A DNA stretch of 64,000 nt from Bacteroidales bacterium (GCA_045597465.1 JAZLKG010000057.1:21979-85978), one strand, 5' to 3'; shown: positions 17,373-26,821, numbered from the stretch's first letter. Numbers and translations are program-made. The notes: a model not told the origin generated them from the letters alone.

Positions 17373-19667
17373 ATGAGGAAACCACTTCTGATACTTGCAC
17401 TATCCACACTCTGCGCAATAAACACCATGGCGCAGAGTGTGAGATATTTTAGAGACTATGTGGAGAACATGGGTCTGCCAATGGGCGTGGGCGAGATGAG
17501 CGCCAGCGACCACCTTCACGCATACAACGCATACAAGTTTATGTACAACGGCAGCCGGCTAGATTCCATTGCGCTGGTGAACGCAGAAGACCGCCCCGTG
17601 GACTTCTACGACACCGAGCATCTGGACTCGTACAGGGCCGCCAAAATATCATACTCACAGGACGGCAAGCCAGAGTGCATTACAGCATACTCCAGCACAG
17701 GAGAATTTATGTACAAGCTGATGCTGAGCCATGACCTAAAGAGCGCAACCTACAGAAACACAGACTCGTCGCCGTATTTCCTGAGGCTTGGCGTATCGGC
17801 ACATTACGGAAACTTGCAGAGCAAAGGCAGCATCAGCTCGCTGATACTGTCGTATTACCCCAATGGCAACCTCAGGAAGAAAATCTTTGCCGACAAGGAC
17901 GGAAATCCTGCCGCCGACGCCAACATGATATACGGCATAGAATATTCGTACAACAGCAGCAACTTGATGACGAGATACAGTTTCTTAGACGAGAAGGGCA
18001 ACATTGCACAAACCTACCAAGGCCACGCCTCCACCAAGATAGAATACGACAAGCATGGCAACCGCACACGATTTGCGTATCTCGACAAAAACAATTCACC
18101 ATCGCACGACGGCTCCATGATTTCGGTAATAGAGAATGAGTGCGACAAGTACGGCAACCTCCTGAAACAGACCTACAAAAACATGAAAGGCGCGCCAATG
18201 CTGCGGCCCGACATAAACGTGGCCGCCATGGAGATAAAATACGACAACCAGGGCCACAGGATACAGACCTCGTATCTGGGGCTGGACGGAAAACCCATCT
18301 GCAACAACGGCGGGGTGGCCTATGAGCAATACAAGACCGACCAATACGGATACGCCTGCCAGACCAACTACTACAACCTGGACGACATTCCCACATTCAA
18401 CCGCAACTCCGGCGCCTTTGCCAGCAAGCAGCAATACGACACCATGGGCAGGCTTCTGGAGGCAACACTGCTGATGCACAACAGCAAAGACAACGGGCGC
18501 AACATAGCCAGCATCCGGCACGAATACAACAACGATGGAAAGCTACAGAAAACCTCATATTACGACGGGTATCAGCGTCCAGCGCTTGGCGACGAGGGTT
18601 TCCACATGGCAGAATACACCTACAACGGGAAAAACCAGTTGATAGAAACCAGATATTACGGCACCGACGGCAGACCGGCAAACAACAGCTACGGCGAATC
18701 CATATTAATAACCGAATACAACGAATACGGCAACATTGCCTCGCAGAGATGCCTCGACACCCTAAGCCGCAAAACCATGCATCAGGATATGTTCTACTCG
18801 CTTATATGCAGCTACGACGGGCAGGGCCGCCTTGTGGAAAGGCTGTTTCTCGATACATTGGGCAATCCATCGGCAAGCGCCAGCTATGCGAAATGGACCT
18901 GCCAGACCAACCCTGAAACCGGAGCCACAATTAGCGAGAGCCTCTTCAACAGATGGGGCAGCGAGATACAAACCACCCGATACGAATACAACGATTGCGG
19001 CCTCCATTCCCAGATACAGCAGATAAGCAACGGCGAGGTGATGGGCTACACAAGATTCACCTACCACCCCGACGGAAGAACGGCCAGCAAGTGCGTTTTC
19101 CAGAACGGATATCAGCGCCCTCATGTTACCAGATACGAGCTCGACAGGTGCGGAAACGTGGTGAAAGAGTCGTTTTTCAATGAGGACGGAAGCATCGACA
19201 CCATAGAATCGGGAATGCACTGCGTAGAGCACACCTTCAACTCCCTGCAGCTGAAAACCCACACCATCTACAGGGACGTAAACGGAGCATCGCGCCCAAT
19301 GACGAAGGTAAACAACGAGATGAGTTTCGAATACGACGAGAAGGGAAACCTGATAAAAAGCACCGTGCTGGACGGCAAGGGCAACATTGCCACCGGCATT
19401 GATGGATGGAGCATTCACGCAATAGAATACAACGAGCGAAACCAGCCCATTTTATACGAGTTTGCCAACAAGGACCTCAAGCTTGTGGTATCACAAAGCA
19501 CGAGATGGGCAAGAATGAGGATAAAGTACATGCCCGACAACACCACTCCGCACATGAGGCTCATCTACAACGCAGAAGGCAAGCCCTTCGCCATGTCGGT
19601 ATACAGCAAGGGCGATTGGAGCGAATGGCTCACCGAAAACGACCTTCAGCAGATGCACAAAAATTAA
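17373..19667 (+). CDS. secreted YD/RHS-type repeat protein without recognisable toxin tip
   Basis: 764 aa with a signal peptide (AINTMAQS). Many degenerate YD units (EYDKHGNRTRFAY, KYDNQGHRIQTSY, EYNNDGKLQKTSYY, SYDGQGRLVERLF, EYDEKGNLIKSTV). I see no PxxxxDPxGL-type RHS core end or C-terminal effector. Confidence 0.7.
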   Translation: MRKPLLILALSTLCAINTMAQSVRYFRDYVENMGLPMGVGEMSASDHLHAYNAYKFMYNGSRLDSIALVNAEDRPVDFYDTEHLDSYRAAKISYSQDGKPECITAYSSTGEFMYKLMLSHDLKSATYRNTDSSPYFLRLGVSAHYGNLQSKGSISSLILSYYPNGNLRKKIFADKDGNPAADANMIYGIEYSYNSSNLMTRYSFLDEKGNIAQTYQGHASTKIEYDKHGNRTRFAYLDKNNSPSHDGSMISVIENECDKYGNLLKQTYKNMKGAPMLRPDINVAAMEIKYDNQGHRIQTSYLGLDGKPICNNGGVAYEQYKTDQYGYACQTNYYNLDDIPTFNRNSGAFASKQQYDTMGRLLEATLLMHNSKDNGRNIASIRHEYNNDGKLQKTSYYDGYQRPALGDEGFHMAEYTYNGKNQLIETRYYGTDGRPANNSYGESILITEYNEYGNIASQRCLDTLSRKTMHQDMFYSLICSYDGQGRLVERLFLDTLGNPSASASYAKWTCQTNPETGATISESLFNRWGSEIQTTRYEYNDCGLHSQIQQISNGEVMGYTRFTYHPDGRTASKCVFQNGYQRPHVTRYELDRCGNVVKESFFNEDGSIDTIESGMHCVEHTFNSLQLKTHTIYRDVNGASRPMTKVNNEMSFEYDEKGNLIKSTVLDGKGNIATGIDGWSIHAIEYNERNQPILYEFANKDLKLVVSQSTRWARMRIKYMPDNTTPHMRLIYNAEGKPFAMSVYSKGDWSEWLTENDLQQMHKN

Positions 19668-19670
19668 AAC

Positions 19671-19703
19671 AAAAGCACACAGGCCATTGGCCTGTGTGCT
19701 TTT
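19671..19703. terminator. bidirectional hairpin terminator (YD-repeat gene / gmhA convergent)
   Basis: AAAAGCACACAGGCCA (19671-19686) pairs perfectly with TGGCCTGTGTGCTTTT (19688-19703). Confidence 0.75.
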
Positions 19704-19708
19704 GTTGT

Positions 19709-20284
19709 CTACACTCCCAACTGCCTTTCTATCAGGTATATAAAAATATGTATCACCTTAATGTGGATTTCCTGGATGCGGTCGGCCTCGCCATTGTGGG
19801 GCACGCGGATTTCCACGTCGGCCATCTGGGCCAACTTGCCGCCGGTTTTGCCGGTGAGGGCCACCACCTTCATGCCTTTGGATTTGGCCACCTCCACGGC
19901 GTTGAGCACATTTTGCGAATTGCCCGAGGTGCTTATGGCAAGAAGCACGTCGCCGCCGTTGCCGAGGGCCTCCACAAAACGGGAGAAAATGGCGTCGTAG
20001 CCGTAGTCGTTGGCGGTGCAGCTTATATGTGGCGCGTCGCTGATGGCAATGGCAGGTATGGGACGGCGGTCGCCACGGTAACGGCCCGTAAGCTCCTCGG
20101 CAAAGTGCGAGGCGTCGCTCATAGAGCCGCCGTTGCCGCAGCTGATAATCTTGCATCCGGCCTTTATGGCATCGGCCATTATGGCGGCGGCATCAGATAT
20201 CTTCTGCAATACGGCCTCATCGCCAAGAAACCTGTCGAGCACCTCCCGCGCCAGCAAAAGCTCGTTCTTTATTAAATCCTTCAT
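19709..20284 (-). CDS. gmhA: SIS-domain D-sedoheptulose-7-phosphate isomerase
   Basis: 191 aa. [16 protein letters not shown] and [13 protein letters not shown] motifs typical of GmhA. Confidence 0.85.
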   Translation of the reverse strand: MKDLIKNELLLAREVLDRFLGDEAVLQKISDAAAIMADAIKAGCKIISCGNGGSMSDASHFAEELTGRYRGDRRPIPAIAISDAPHISCTANDYGYDAIFSRFVEALGNGGDVLLAISTSGNSQNVLNAVEVAKSKGMKVVALTGKTGGKLAQMADVEIRVPHNGEADRIQEIHIKVIHIFIYLIERQLGV

Positions 20285-20296
20285 ATTATGATAATT

Positions 20297-20379
20297 TTCG
20301 CACAGATGACACAGATAACACAGATAAGAATGAATAACTATCGGTGAAAAATCTGTGTCATCTGTGTCATCTGTGCGAA
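20297..20379. repeat. 29-bp-armed hairpin built from 9-bp phased repeats (CACAGATGA/CACAGATAA)
   Basis: TTCGCACAGATGACACAGATAACACAGAT (20297-20325) pairs with ATCTGTGTCATCTGTGTCATCTGTGCGAA (20351-20379), 28/29 complementary. It lies between the rpe stop and the gmhA start. Confidence 0.9.
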
Positions 20380-20398
20380 CAAAGCAATTCTACAACAG

Positions 20399-21061
20399 TT
20401 ACTTTACTGGGTATTTCAGCAGCTTTACGTTTGCGTCGAAATCCTGGGCGCCAAAGAGATAGCTGCCCGATACCATCACGTCGACACCGGCCTCGGCGAG
20501 GGCGTAGGCGTTCTTGTTGTCCACACCGCCGTCCACCTGGATGAGGGCCTTGCTGCCGGTGCGGAGTATCAGCTCCTTGCAGCGGCGGATTTTGTCGTAG
20601 CTGTGCTGGATAAACTTCTGACCTCCAAAGCCCGGGTTCACAGTCATCAGCAACACCATGTCCACTTCCTGGATTATATCCTCCAGAGTGGAGATGGAAG
20701 TGGCTGGATTCAAGGCGATTCCGCACATTGCGCCGAGGTCTTTTATCTGATGCACAAGGCGGTCGATATGTGTGCAGGCCTCCTGATGGAATGTGAGCAT
20801 TCCGGCGCCGCACTTTATAAACTGCTCGGCGTAGAGGTCGGGGTTGGCTATCATGAGGTGAACGTCCAGCATCTTGGTGCTGTGTTTCTTGAAGGCCTTC
20901 ACGATGGGAAGTCCAAATGTAATGTTTGGCACAAACTGGCCGTCCATAACGTCTATGTGCACCCAGTCGGCGCAGCTGCTGTTCATCTTCCTGGCCTCGG
21001 CCTCCATGTTTGCGTGGTCGCAAGAAAGGATAGATGGCGATACTATAATCTTTTTATCCAT
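20399..21061 (-). CDS. rpe: ribulose-phosphate 3-epimerase
   Basis: Start MDKKIIVSPSILSCD at 21061. HIDVMDGQFVPNITFG and VNPGFGGQKF motifs. The longer tracked ORF (to 21112) runs into a palindromic repeat. Confidence 0.93.
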   Translation of the reverse strand: MDKKIIVSPSILSCDHANMEAEARKMNSSCADWVHIDVMDGQFVPNITFGLPIVKAFKKHSTKMLDVHLMIANPDLYAEQFIKCGAGMLTFHQEACTHIDRLVHQIKDLGAMCGIALNPATSISTLEDIIQEVDMVLLMTVNPGFGGQKFIQHSYDKIRRCKELILRTGSKALIQVDGGVDNKNAYALAEAGVDVMVSGSYLFGAQDFDANVKLLKYPVK

Positions 21062-21136
21062 TTCAGTTTTTGTGTTATACTTTTTTTGTTTATCAGTTAG
21101 CTGACCCTGCATTTCTGGGGGGCTTGCATCAATCCC

Positions 21137-21152
21137 AGGGTCAGCTGACCCT
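21137..21152. repeat. perfect 16-bp palindrome AGGGTCAGCTGACCCT followed by A8 (third copy)
   Basis: Read directly from the sequence. A degenerate copy, CAGTTAGCTGACCCTG, lies at 21096-21111. Both are in the divergent rpe / dNK intergenic region. Confidence 0.9.
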
Positions 21153-21304
21153 AAAAAAAACGGGAGCCGCCCTCGAAATTGTTTCCGGATGCAAATTTAC
21201 AAACAAAAATTAAGCAATTATGTTTCATTAATAAAAAATCTTATTGTAATTTTACAAACTGAAAAATAACATATCGTTTACCATTGTTTAATATCATTAC
21301 CAAA

Positions 21305-21922
21305 ATGCACATAGCGGTAGCAGGAAACATAGGATCGGGCAAGACAACGCTCACCGACATACTGGCGTCTCACCTGGGCTGGACCCCAAACTACGAGAAC
21401 GCCGAGGGCAATCCATATCTCAACGACTTCTACAACGACATGCCAAGGTGGGCTTTCCACCTGCAGACAAAGTTCCTGCACAGCGGCCTCGACAGGATTC
21501 TGAAGATTAAGGAATCGGGAAAGGATATCGTGCAAGACCGCACCATCTATGAGGTGGCATACATTTTTACGCGAAACCTCTACGAGATGGGCCTGCTATC
21601 GGAGCGCGACTACAAGTGCTACATAGACCTCTTTGAGCTCACAACGTCGCTGATACAGCCGCCCGACCTCATAATATACCTGAGGGCCAAGGTGTCGACG
21701 CTGATAAAGCAGATAAGGCGGAGGGGAAGGTCGTATGAGCAGGGTATCAGCCCCGACTATCTGGCCAAGCTGAACCAGAAGTACGACTCCTGGGCCGAGG
21801 AGTATCAGCGCGGACCAATACTCACGATTGATATTGACGGGCTGGATTTCCCGAACAACGAGGCCGACAGGAAAAAGGTAATCGATATTATACAGAGCGA
21901 GATAGCTAAGATGAAGAAATAG
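21305..21922 (+). CDS. deoxynucleoside kinase
   Basis: MHIAVAGNIGSGKTTLT P-loop and the dNK-family layout (ENAEGNPYL, DRTIYE). The start at 21305 is preferred over 21284. Confidence 0.85.
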   Translation: MHIAVAGNIGSGKTTLTDILASHLGWTPNYENAEGNPYLNDFYNDMPRWAFHLQTKFLHSGLDRILKIKESGKDIVQDRTIYEVAYIFTRNLYEMGLLSERDYKCYIDLFELTTSLIQPPDLIIYLRAKVSTLIKQIRRRGRSYEQGISPDYLAKLNQKYDSWAEEYQRGPILTIDIDGLDFPNNEADRKKVIDIIQSEIAKMKK

Positions 21923-21991
21923 ACTTGTTTTTGATTTGATTTTTTTGAGAATATACTTTTTATATAATTTATAATCCAAATTACTAAAAGA

Positions 21992-24418
21992 ATGAAAAAA
22001 ATATCTTTTTGCGCTGCCGTGGCCATGGCGGCAATGCTGGGCTCGTGTATGGAGAAGCCAGCTATGGCGCCAGCCCACAATGGCCACAGCCATGCCTATA
22101 TGGCTGATGCGCAGGCCAATGCCCGCGAGATTATAAGCAGGCTGTCCATAAAGGAGAAACTGGCCCAACTGCAGAGCGGCAGCATCTATGTGATAAAGGA
22201 CGCGTCGGACTCGCTGGGAAACCTGAGCCACGACACCCTGCGCAAGTATTATCCCTACGGAATGGGCCTCATGAACATAGACTTTGGCGGATGCCCGCCA
22301 GAGAAGTATGCCCGCACCGTAAACTCCCTGAAGGAATACAACAACTCTCTGGAGCATCCCATACCGATGATTTTCATTGGCGAGGGTCTGCACGGACTCA
22401 TGGGCGTGGACGCCACCTGCTTTCCCCAGGCCATTGCGCTTGGATGCAGCTGGGACACCACGCTGCTGCGCAAGGTATACAAGACCACGCGCGTGGAATC
22501 GAAGGCCAGGGGCATCAACGTGCTCTTCTCCCCTATTCTGGACCTGGCGCGCGAGCCGCGTTTTGGCCGCATAGAGGAAATGTACAGCGAGGATCCTTTC
22601 CTCTGCGGCACTTACGGAGCAGTAGCTGTGAGGGAGTTTCAGCAGATGAAGGCCGACGGAATGCTGGAGATGGCCTCCACGCTTAAGCACTACATGGGTC
22701 ACGGACAAATGGAGGGCGGACGCAACGTGGCATGCTATCCCGGATCTGCCAACGACCTCATGAACCACCACTCGATACCTTTCGAAATGTGCGTGGATGC
22801 CGGCGTGGCATGCGTGATGCCCGCCTACAACGACGTGTGCGACCTGCCCGTTACCGTAAACAAGTGGCTGCTGCAGGGCGTGCTTAGGGAGCAGCTTGGT
22901 TTCGACGGCCTCATCATCTCCGACCAGAATGCAATAGACCGAATGTATGACGTAAACCACCTTACGGCTTCTTACAAGGAGGCCGCCGAGCTGGCCATAC
23001 AGTGCGGAATAGATATCGACATTATAGGCAGCGAGGGCACTTTCCAGATGCTGGAGCAGTCGGTGAAGGAGGGCAGGATAAAAGAGAGCGTTATCGACTC
23101 CGCCCTGGAACGCCTGCTGATTCTGAAATGGAGACTGGGACTCTTCCAGAAGGACGATCCCGTCGACATTCCGGCGCTTATGGCCGTAAACCAGTGTAAG
23201 GAACACCTCGACCTGGCCCGCGAGACCGCACGCAAGACCATGGTGTTGCTGAAGAACGACGGCGTGCTCCCTATTGATAAAGGCAGCATCAGGAGGATAG
23301 CCGTAATAGGCCCCAACGCCAACTCCCTTGACTACGGCGGATATACTGCCGAGCCCGTAACTGCCGGAGTATCAGTATACGAGGGCATCAGGGCTTACGG
23401 ACAGGCCAACGGAATAAGCGTGCAATATGCCGAGGGCGTGCGATTGAGCAATGCGCCGATAGGTTTCTGGAAAGACAACAACCACACCCTTATTACGGAG
23501 GCTGAGGCCAACAAGATGATGGCTGAGGCTGTGGCCATGGCCAAGGGCTGCGACGTGATAGTGCTCTGCATGGGCGAGAATGTGTCGTACTCGCGCGAGG
23601 CCTGGGGCGACTATCACCGCGGCGACCGCGAGAGCCTGGAACTTCTTGGATATCAGAACGAGCTGGCCAAGAGGCTGAAGGCTACGGGCAAGCCTGTGGT
23701 AACTCTCATTTTTGGCGGACGTCCGCTGAATATCCGCCCCGCTGTCGACAATTCCAACGCTCTGGCTCAATGTTTCTACCTTGGTCAGCAGGGAGGAAAC
23801 GCCGTGGCCGACGTGCTTTTCGGCGACTATAACTTCGAGGGCAAGCTCTCGGTATCGATGCCGTCGAGCGCCGGCGCGCTGCCTTGCTACTACAACATGA
23901 AGCCCAACCGTTTCCGCAGCCACATTTTCGAGGACCGCGGCGATACCATTTTCCCATTGACTTACGATGCCGGCACCAACAAATACTCGTATCAGCTAAA
24001 TGCCTGGGAACCTCCCACAACCCACGCCGTTTTCCCATTCGGATATGGCCTCAGCTACAGCAAGTTCCAGTTTGGCGAGCCTCAGGTGAGCGACGACACT
24101 CTATCGTCGAGCAATACCGTAAGGATAAAGATAGAGGTGAAAAACGTGAGCGGTATCGACGGCAGCGAGACTGTTCAGCTCTATATCAGAGACGAGGTTT
24201 GCAGCTGCGTGCGTCCCGTAAAGGAGCTGAAGGCTTTTCAGAAGGTTTACCTGAAGGCCGGCGAGAGCAAATATGTGGAGTTTGAGCTTGGCAAAAAGGA
24301 CCTCATGTTCTATAATCAGCAACTGGAGAAAATTTTCGAACCCGGCAACTTCCTCGTATACGTGGGCAACAGTTCAAGAGACAGGGATTTGAAGGTTACA
24401 CACTTCGTTATGAAATAG
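21992..24418 (+). CDS. glycoside hydrolase family 3 (beta-glucosidase / BglX-like) lipoprotein
   Basis: 808 aa. Lipobox MLGSC. GH3 blocks (LHGLMG, FSPILDLAREPRFGRIEE, GLIISDQNAI) and a C-terminal fibronectin-like domain (FPFGYGLSYSKF). Confidence 0.92.
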   Translation: MKKISFCAAVAMAAMLGSCMEKPAMAPAHNGHSHAYMADAQANAREIISRLSIKEKLAQLQSGSIYVIKDASDSLGNLSHDTLRKYYPYGMGLMNIDFGGCPPEKYARTVNSLKEYNNSLEHPIPMIFIGEGLHGLMGVDATCFPQAIALGCSWDTTLLRKVYKTTRVESKARGINVLFSPILDLAREPRFGRIEEMYSEDPFLCGTYGAVAVREFQQMKADGMLEMASTLKHYMGHGQMEGGRNVACYPGSANDLMNHHSIPFEMCVDAGVACVMPAYNDVCDLPVTVNKWLLQGVLREQLGFDGLIISDQNAIDRMYDVNHLTASYKEAAELAIQCGIDIDIIGSEGTFQMLEQSVKEGRIKESVIDSALERLLILKWRLGLFQKDDPVDIPALMAVNQCKEHLDLARETARKTMVLLKNDGVLPIDKGSIRRIAVIGPNANSLDYGGYTAEPVTAGVSVYEGIRAYGQANGISVQYAEGVRLSNAPIGFWKDNNHTLITEAEANKMMAEAVAMAKGCDVIVLCMGENVSYSREAWGDYHRGDRESLELLGYQNELAKRLKATGKPVVTLIFGGRPLNIRPAVDNSNALAQCFYLGQQGGNAVADVLFGDYNFEGKLSVSMPSSAGALPCYYNMKPNRFRSHIFEDRGDTIFPLTYDAGTNKYSYQLNAWEPPTTHAVFPFGYGLSYSKFQFGEPQVSDDTLSSSNTVRIKIEVKNVSGIDGSETVQLYIRDEVCSCVRPVKELKAFQKVYLKAGESKYVEFELGKKDLMFYNQQLEKIFEPGNFLVYVGNSSRDRDLKVTHFVMK

Positions 24419-24432
24419 TAAACGAATAAAAA

Positions 24433-24469
24433 AGCCAGCCTGATGAAATTATCGGACTGGCTTTTTTTT
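24433..24469 (+). terminator. rho-independent terminator after the GH3 gene
   Basis: AGCCAGCC...GGACTGGCT stem followed by T8. Confidence 0.7.
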
Positions 24470-24485
24470 ATAAAGTTTCATATAA

Positions 24486-25061
24486 TTACTGCAAATAATC
24501 CCGTATGACGCCTAAATACCACACTATCATATTTGGATATTCCTTATGAGGAATAAATAAATGAGAAATAGTATGGTCGATATTCAAGACGAACATATAT
24601 GTATAACTATTTCCATCGTGTCTAGTAATATCTGAATTTACTTGATATATATTCAACTCATTTTTATTCGTGCGCGACAACAAATGAAAATCTCTTTTGT
24701 TTGTGACTTTTGCAAAAACAACTATTCTGTCAGATCCTATCTGAGAGGACATTTTCTTTGCGTAATTAATTAAAGTATCAACACAAACATTACAATCTAA
24801 TTCAGAATACCTAACCACTAATATGTTATTTGTCAAAATAGAATCCAATACAATAGGCTCATCATTGGCATTCTTTATGACAAAGTCCCCCAACAAACTG
24901 CTTTGGCCATTTTTTATTGTTTTCATATAATCATTTGACATTATTTGATATAATGTCAAATTTGGATCGACAGAATCCAATCTATCCAATAAACGATAAC
25001 AATAAAAGGACAATACTAGAGTCCACAATATCAATATATACAGAACAACCTTTCTTACCAT
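24486..25061 (-). CDS. membrane-anchored thioredoxin-fold (TlpA/redoxin-like) protein
   Basis: 191 aa. N-terminal TM anchor. CNVC (CxxC) motif after a beta-strand (LVVRYSELDCNVCV). The start overlaps the stop of the upstream gene by 7 nt. Confidence 0.6.
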   Translation of the reverse strand: MVRKVVLYILILWTLVLSFYCYRLLDRLDSVDPNLTLYQIMSNDYMKTIKNGQSSLLGDFVIKNANDEPIVLDSILTNNILVVRYSELDCNVCVDTLINYAKKMSSQIGSDRIVVFAKVTNKRDFHLLSRTNKNELNIYQVNSDITRHDGNSYTYMFVLNIDHTISHLFIPHKEYPNMIVWYLGVIRDYLQ

Positions 25062-26281
25062 TCCTTCATCTTATAAAAAATCAGCACTGGATTGTCATCA
25101 GGCTTAATATTCGAGAAATCTCCACCTATTGTATATTTCATTTTGTCAAAATTAGGATTATCAAGCAATATATGGCAATCTTTCAAACAAACAAATGTGT
25201 TTCCTTTTACTGTAGCAGGTGAACCCAAAATTGACCTCAGTTTTGACCCCTCACTATCAAGTAACATATCAAACACACAAATACTTCGATTGGTTCGTCT
25301 AGAAAAGAAAATATCCTTCATCCTTCCACCAATACTAATTCCGATAAGCACATAATCTTCTCCCATCAAATAAGATTGGAAGAAGTAATAATCTTTAGAA
25401 TCATTACATTCCCGTACATTCGTCTTCCCCCTAAAGGCATCTTTTGGGAAGCGTTCTCCTAAATTTAAGACAAACATAGTTTCGAAAGACCCATCAGGCC
25501 TTACAGACCAAATTGTATCAGCAAAAAAATCCGTTATATAGAAACGCCCGTCAAAATACCGCATACCATCAGGATTCCATAAAGGAATCCATTCGCTTTT
25601 CTTGCGAAAAAGGCCCATACCCTTTATAATGAAAGAGGTGTCGGTTGTCCAAAAATTATAATCAAGCAGCTCGTCGATATGATAATTCTGTGAGTCTGAA
25701 CTTCTAAACAAATAATTCAAACTATCCAGTTTCCCTATCTGAAGGGCAATAAAAGGCAGATGCTTTTCATATTTAAAATTACCCTTTTTATCGAATACCA
25801 AAATTTTGTCTTGAAATTGATCAAGAATCGTCACCTCATCATCCACAAAAACATCAGTAGGCTCAATATATTCACCTGGTCCATTTCCCAATGCTCCAAT
25901 CTGGTCGATATACCTGCCGTCCATAGAGAACCTCTTCAAACACTTCCCTTTCATCAAGTCCAATATGTACAAGGTATCATCAGAGATAAACACCTTGTTG
26001 GCCGCTCCAACAAGTGACTCTGACGTAGTCTCCAACGGAACAATGTATATAGAATCTATGATATCCTTATACGGTATCTCATAAGATCCATCATATTCCA
26101 GTTCTGGAATTTCAATCGCAATGTGGTTGTCATGAATCTCCAATACCTGAGCCTCTCCAACAACCGCATCAATATCATCATCCTTGAAACGCTCTTTCAT
26201 CATTGCCTTGCCACTGAACAAGGTACATGAAGGCTGCAGCAACAGCAACAAAAAAATCAACAAAATAGTTTTTTGAAACAT
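25055..26281 (-). CDS. 6-bladed beta-propeller lipoprotein (BF3164-like family)
   Basis: Preferred start MFQKTILLIFLLLLLQPSC (lipobox) at 26281; the tracked ORF extends to 26350. The repetitive beta-rich sequence resembles the Bacteroides 6-bladed beta-propeller family that accompanies NVEALA genes (from memory). Confidence 0.6.
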   Translation of the reverse strand: MFQKTILLIFLLLLLQPSCTLFSGKAMMKERFKDDDIDAVVGEAQVLEIHDNHIAIEIPELEYDGSYEIPYKDIIDSIYIVPLETTSESLVGAANKVFISDDTLYILDLMKGKCLKRFSMDGRYIDQIGALGNGPGEYIEPTDVFVDDEVTILDQFQDKILVFDKKGNFKYEKHLPFIALQIGKLDSLNYLFRSSDSQNYHIDELLDYNFWTTDTSFIIKGMGLFRKKSEWIPLWNPDGMRYFDGRFYITDFFADTIWSVRPDGSFETMFVLNLGERFPKDAFRGKTNVRECNDSKDYYFFQSYLMGEDYVLIGISIGGRMKDIFFSRRTNRSICVFDMLLDSEGSKLRSILGSPATVKGNTFVCLKDCHILLDNPNFDKMKYTIGGDFSNIKPDDNPVLIFYKMKEW

Positions 26282-26378
26282 ATTTAAAAACATAACAACA
26301 TATAACAAAAAAAACAATTGAGGCCAAACACGAAACATATTCAACCTCAATTATTTCAACAACGTAGAAAGACTGCGC

Positions 26379-26663
26379 CTAATGGCACCTATCATCCCAA
26401 ATGCAGCCCCCAAAGCCAGAGCCACAGTAATCACCCATAGTTTTATCACCTGTTTCCGAATTTATGCACCAATATTCATAAGTAGCAAAATTCCACGAAC
26501 CCATTTTCTGACGATAAAAATAAGGTATCTGTTCTCCCTCTGCCATCAATTCAACCTCAGCCAATTCCAACTCACTACTATTACTAGTATCATTAGTTAC
26601 GAGCACAACGCTAAGCATTGACAGCATTGCTACCAAACCAAACAAGCAAATGTTTTTCTTCAT
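26379..26663 (-). CDS. NVEALA-like small secreted Cys-rich protein
   Basis: 94 aa. Signal or TM segment, then LAEVELMAEGE (compare the LANVEALAxGE signature), then a 50-aa Trp/Tyr/Gly-rich tail with 4 Cys. Confidence 0.6.
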   Translation of the reverse strand: MKKNICLFGLVAMLSMLSVVLVTNDTSNSSELELAEVELMAEGEQIPYFYRQKMGSWNFATYEYWCINSETGDKTMGDYCGSGFGGCIWDDRCH

Positions 26664-26725
26664 TACGTGTTACAAATTATGTTTGTTATTAATTATGTGA
26701 ATCATTTCAGCTGCAAACATAAAAT

Positions 26726-26740
26726 AAAAAAAAAAAAAAA
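26726..26740. repeat. A15/T15 homopolymer tract
   Basis: 15 consecutive A (T15 on the minus strand), 63-77 nt upstream of the NVEALA-like start codon. Confidence 0.95.
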
Positions 26741-26821
26741 TCCAAATTTTAATACAATTTATTTTTAAAAAAAACGTATCTCGTTAATAATATACCACTT
26801 ACCCATCTCCAATGAATCAAC

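Noticed and set aside
19406-20275. 289-aa plus-strand ORF
   Set aside because: It lies antisense to gmhA and overlaps the end of the YD-repeat gene. It has no motif, while gmhA on the other strand has clear SIS motifs.
21596-23206. 536-aa minus-strand ORF
   Set aside because: It lies antisense within the well-supported GH3 gene and the dNK 3' end. Its composition (Ala/Val/His/Gly/Arg/Leu-rich) is typical of a reverse-frame artefact in GC-rich coding DNA.
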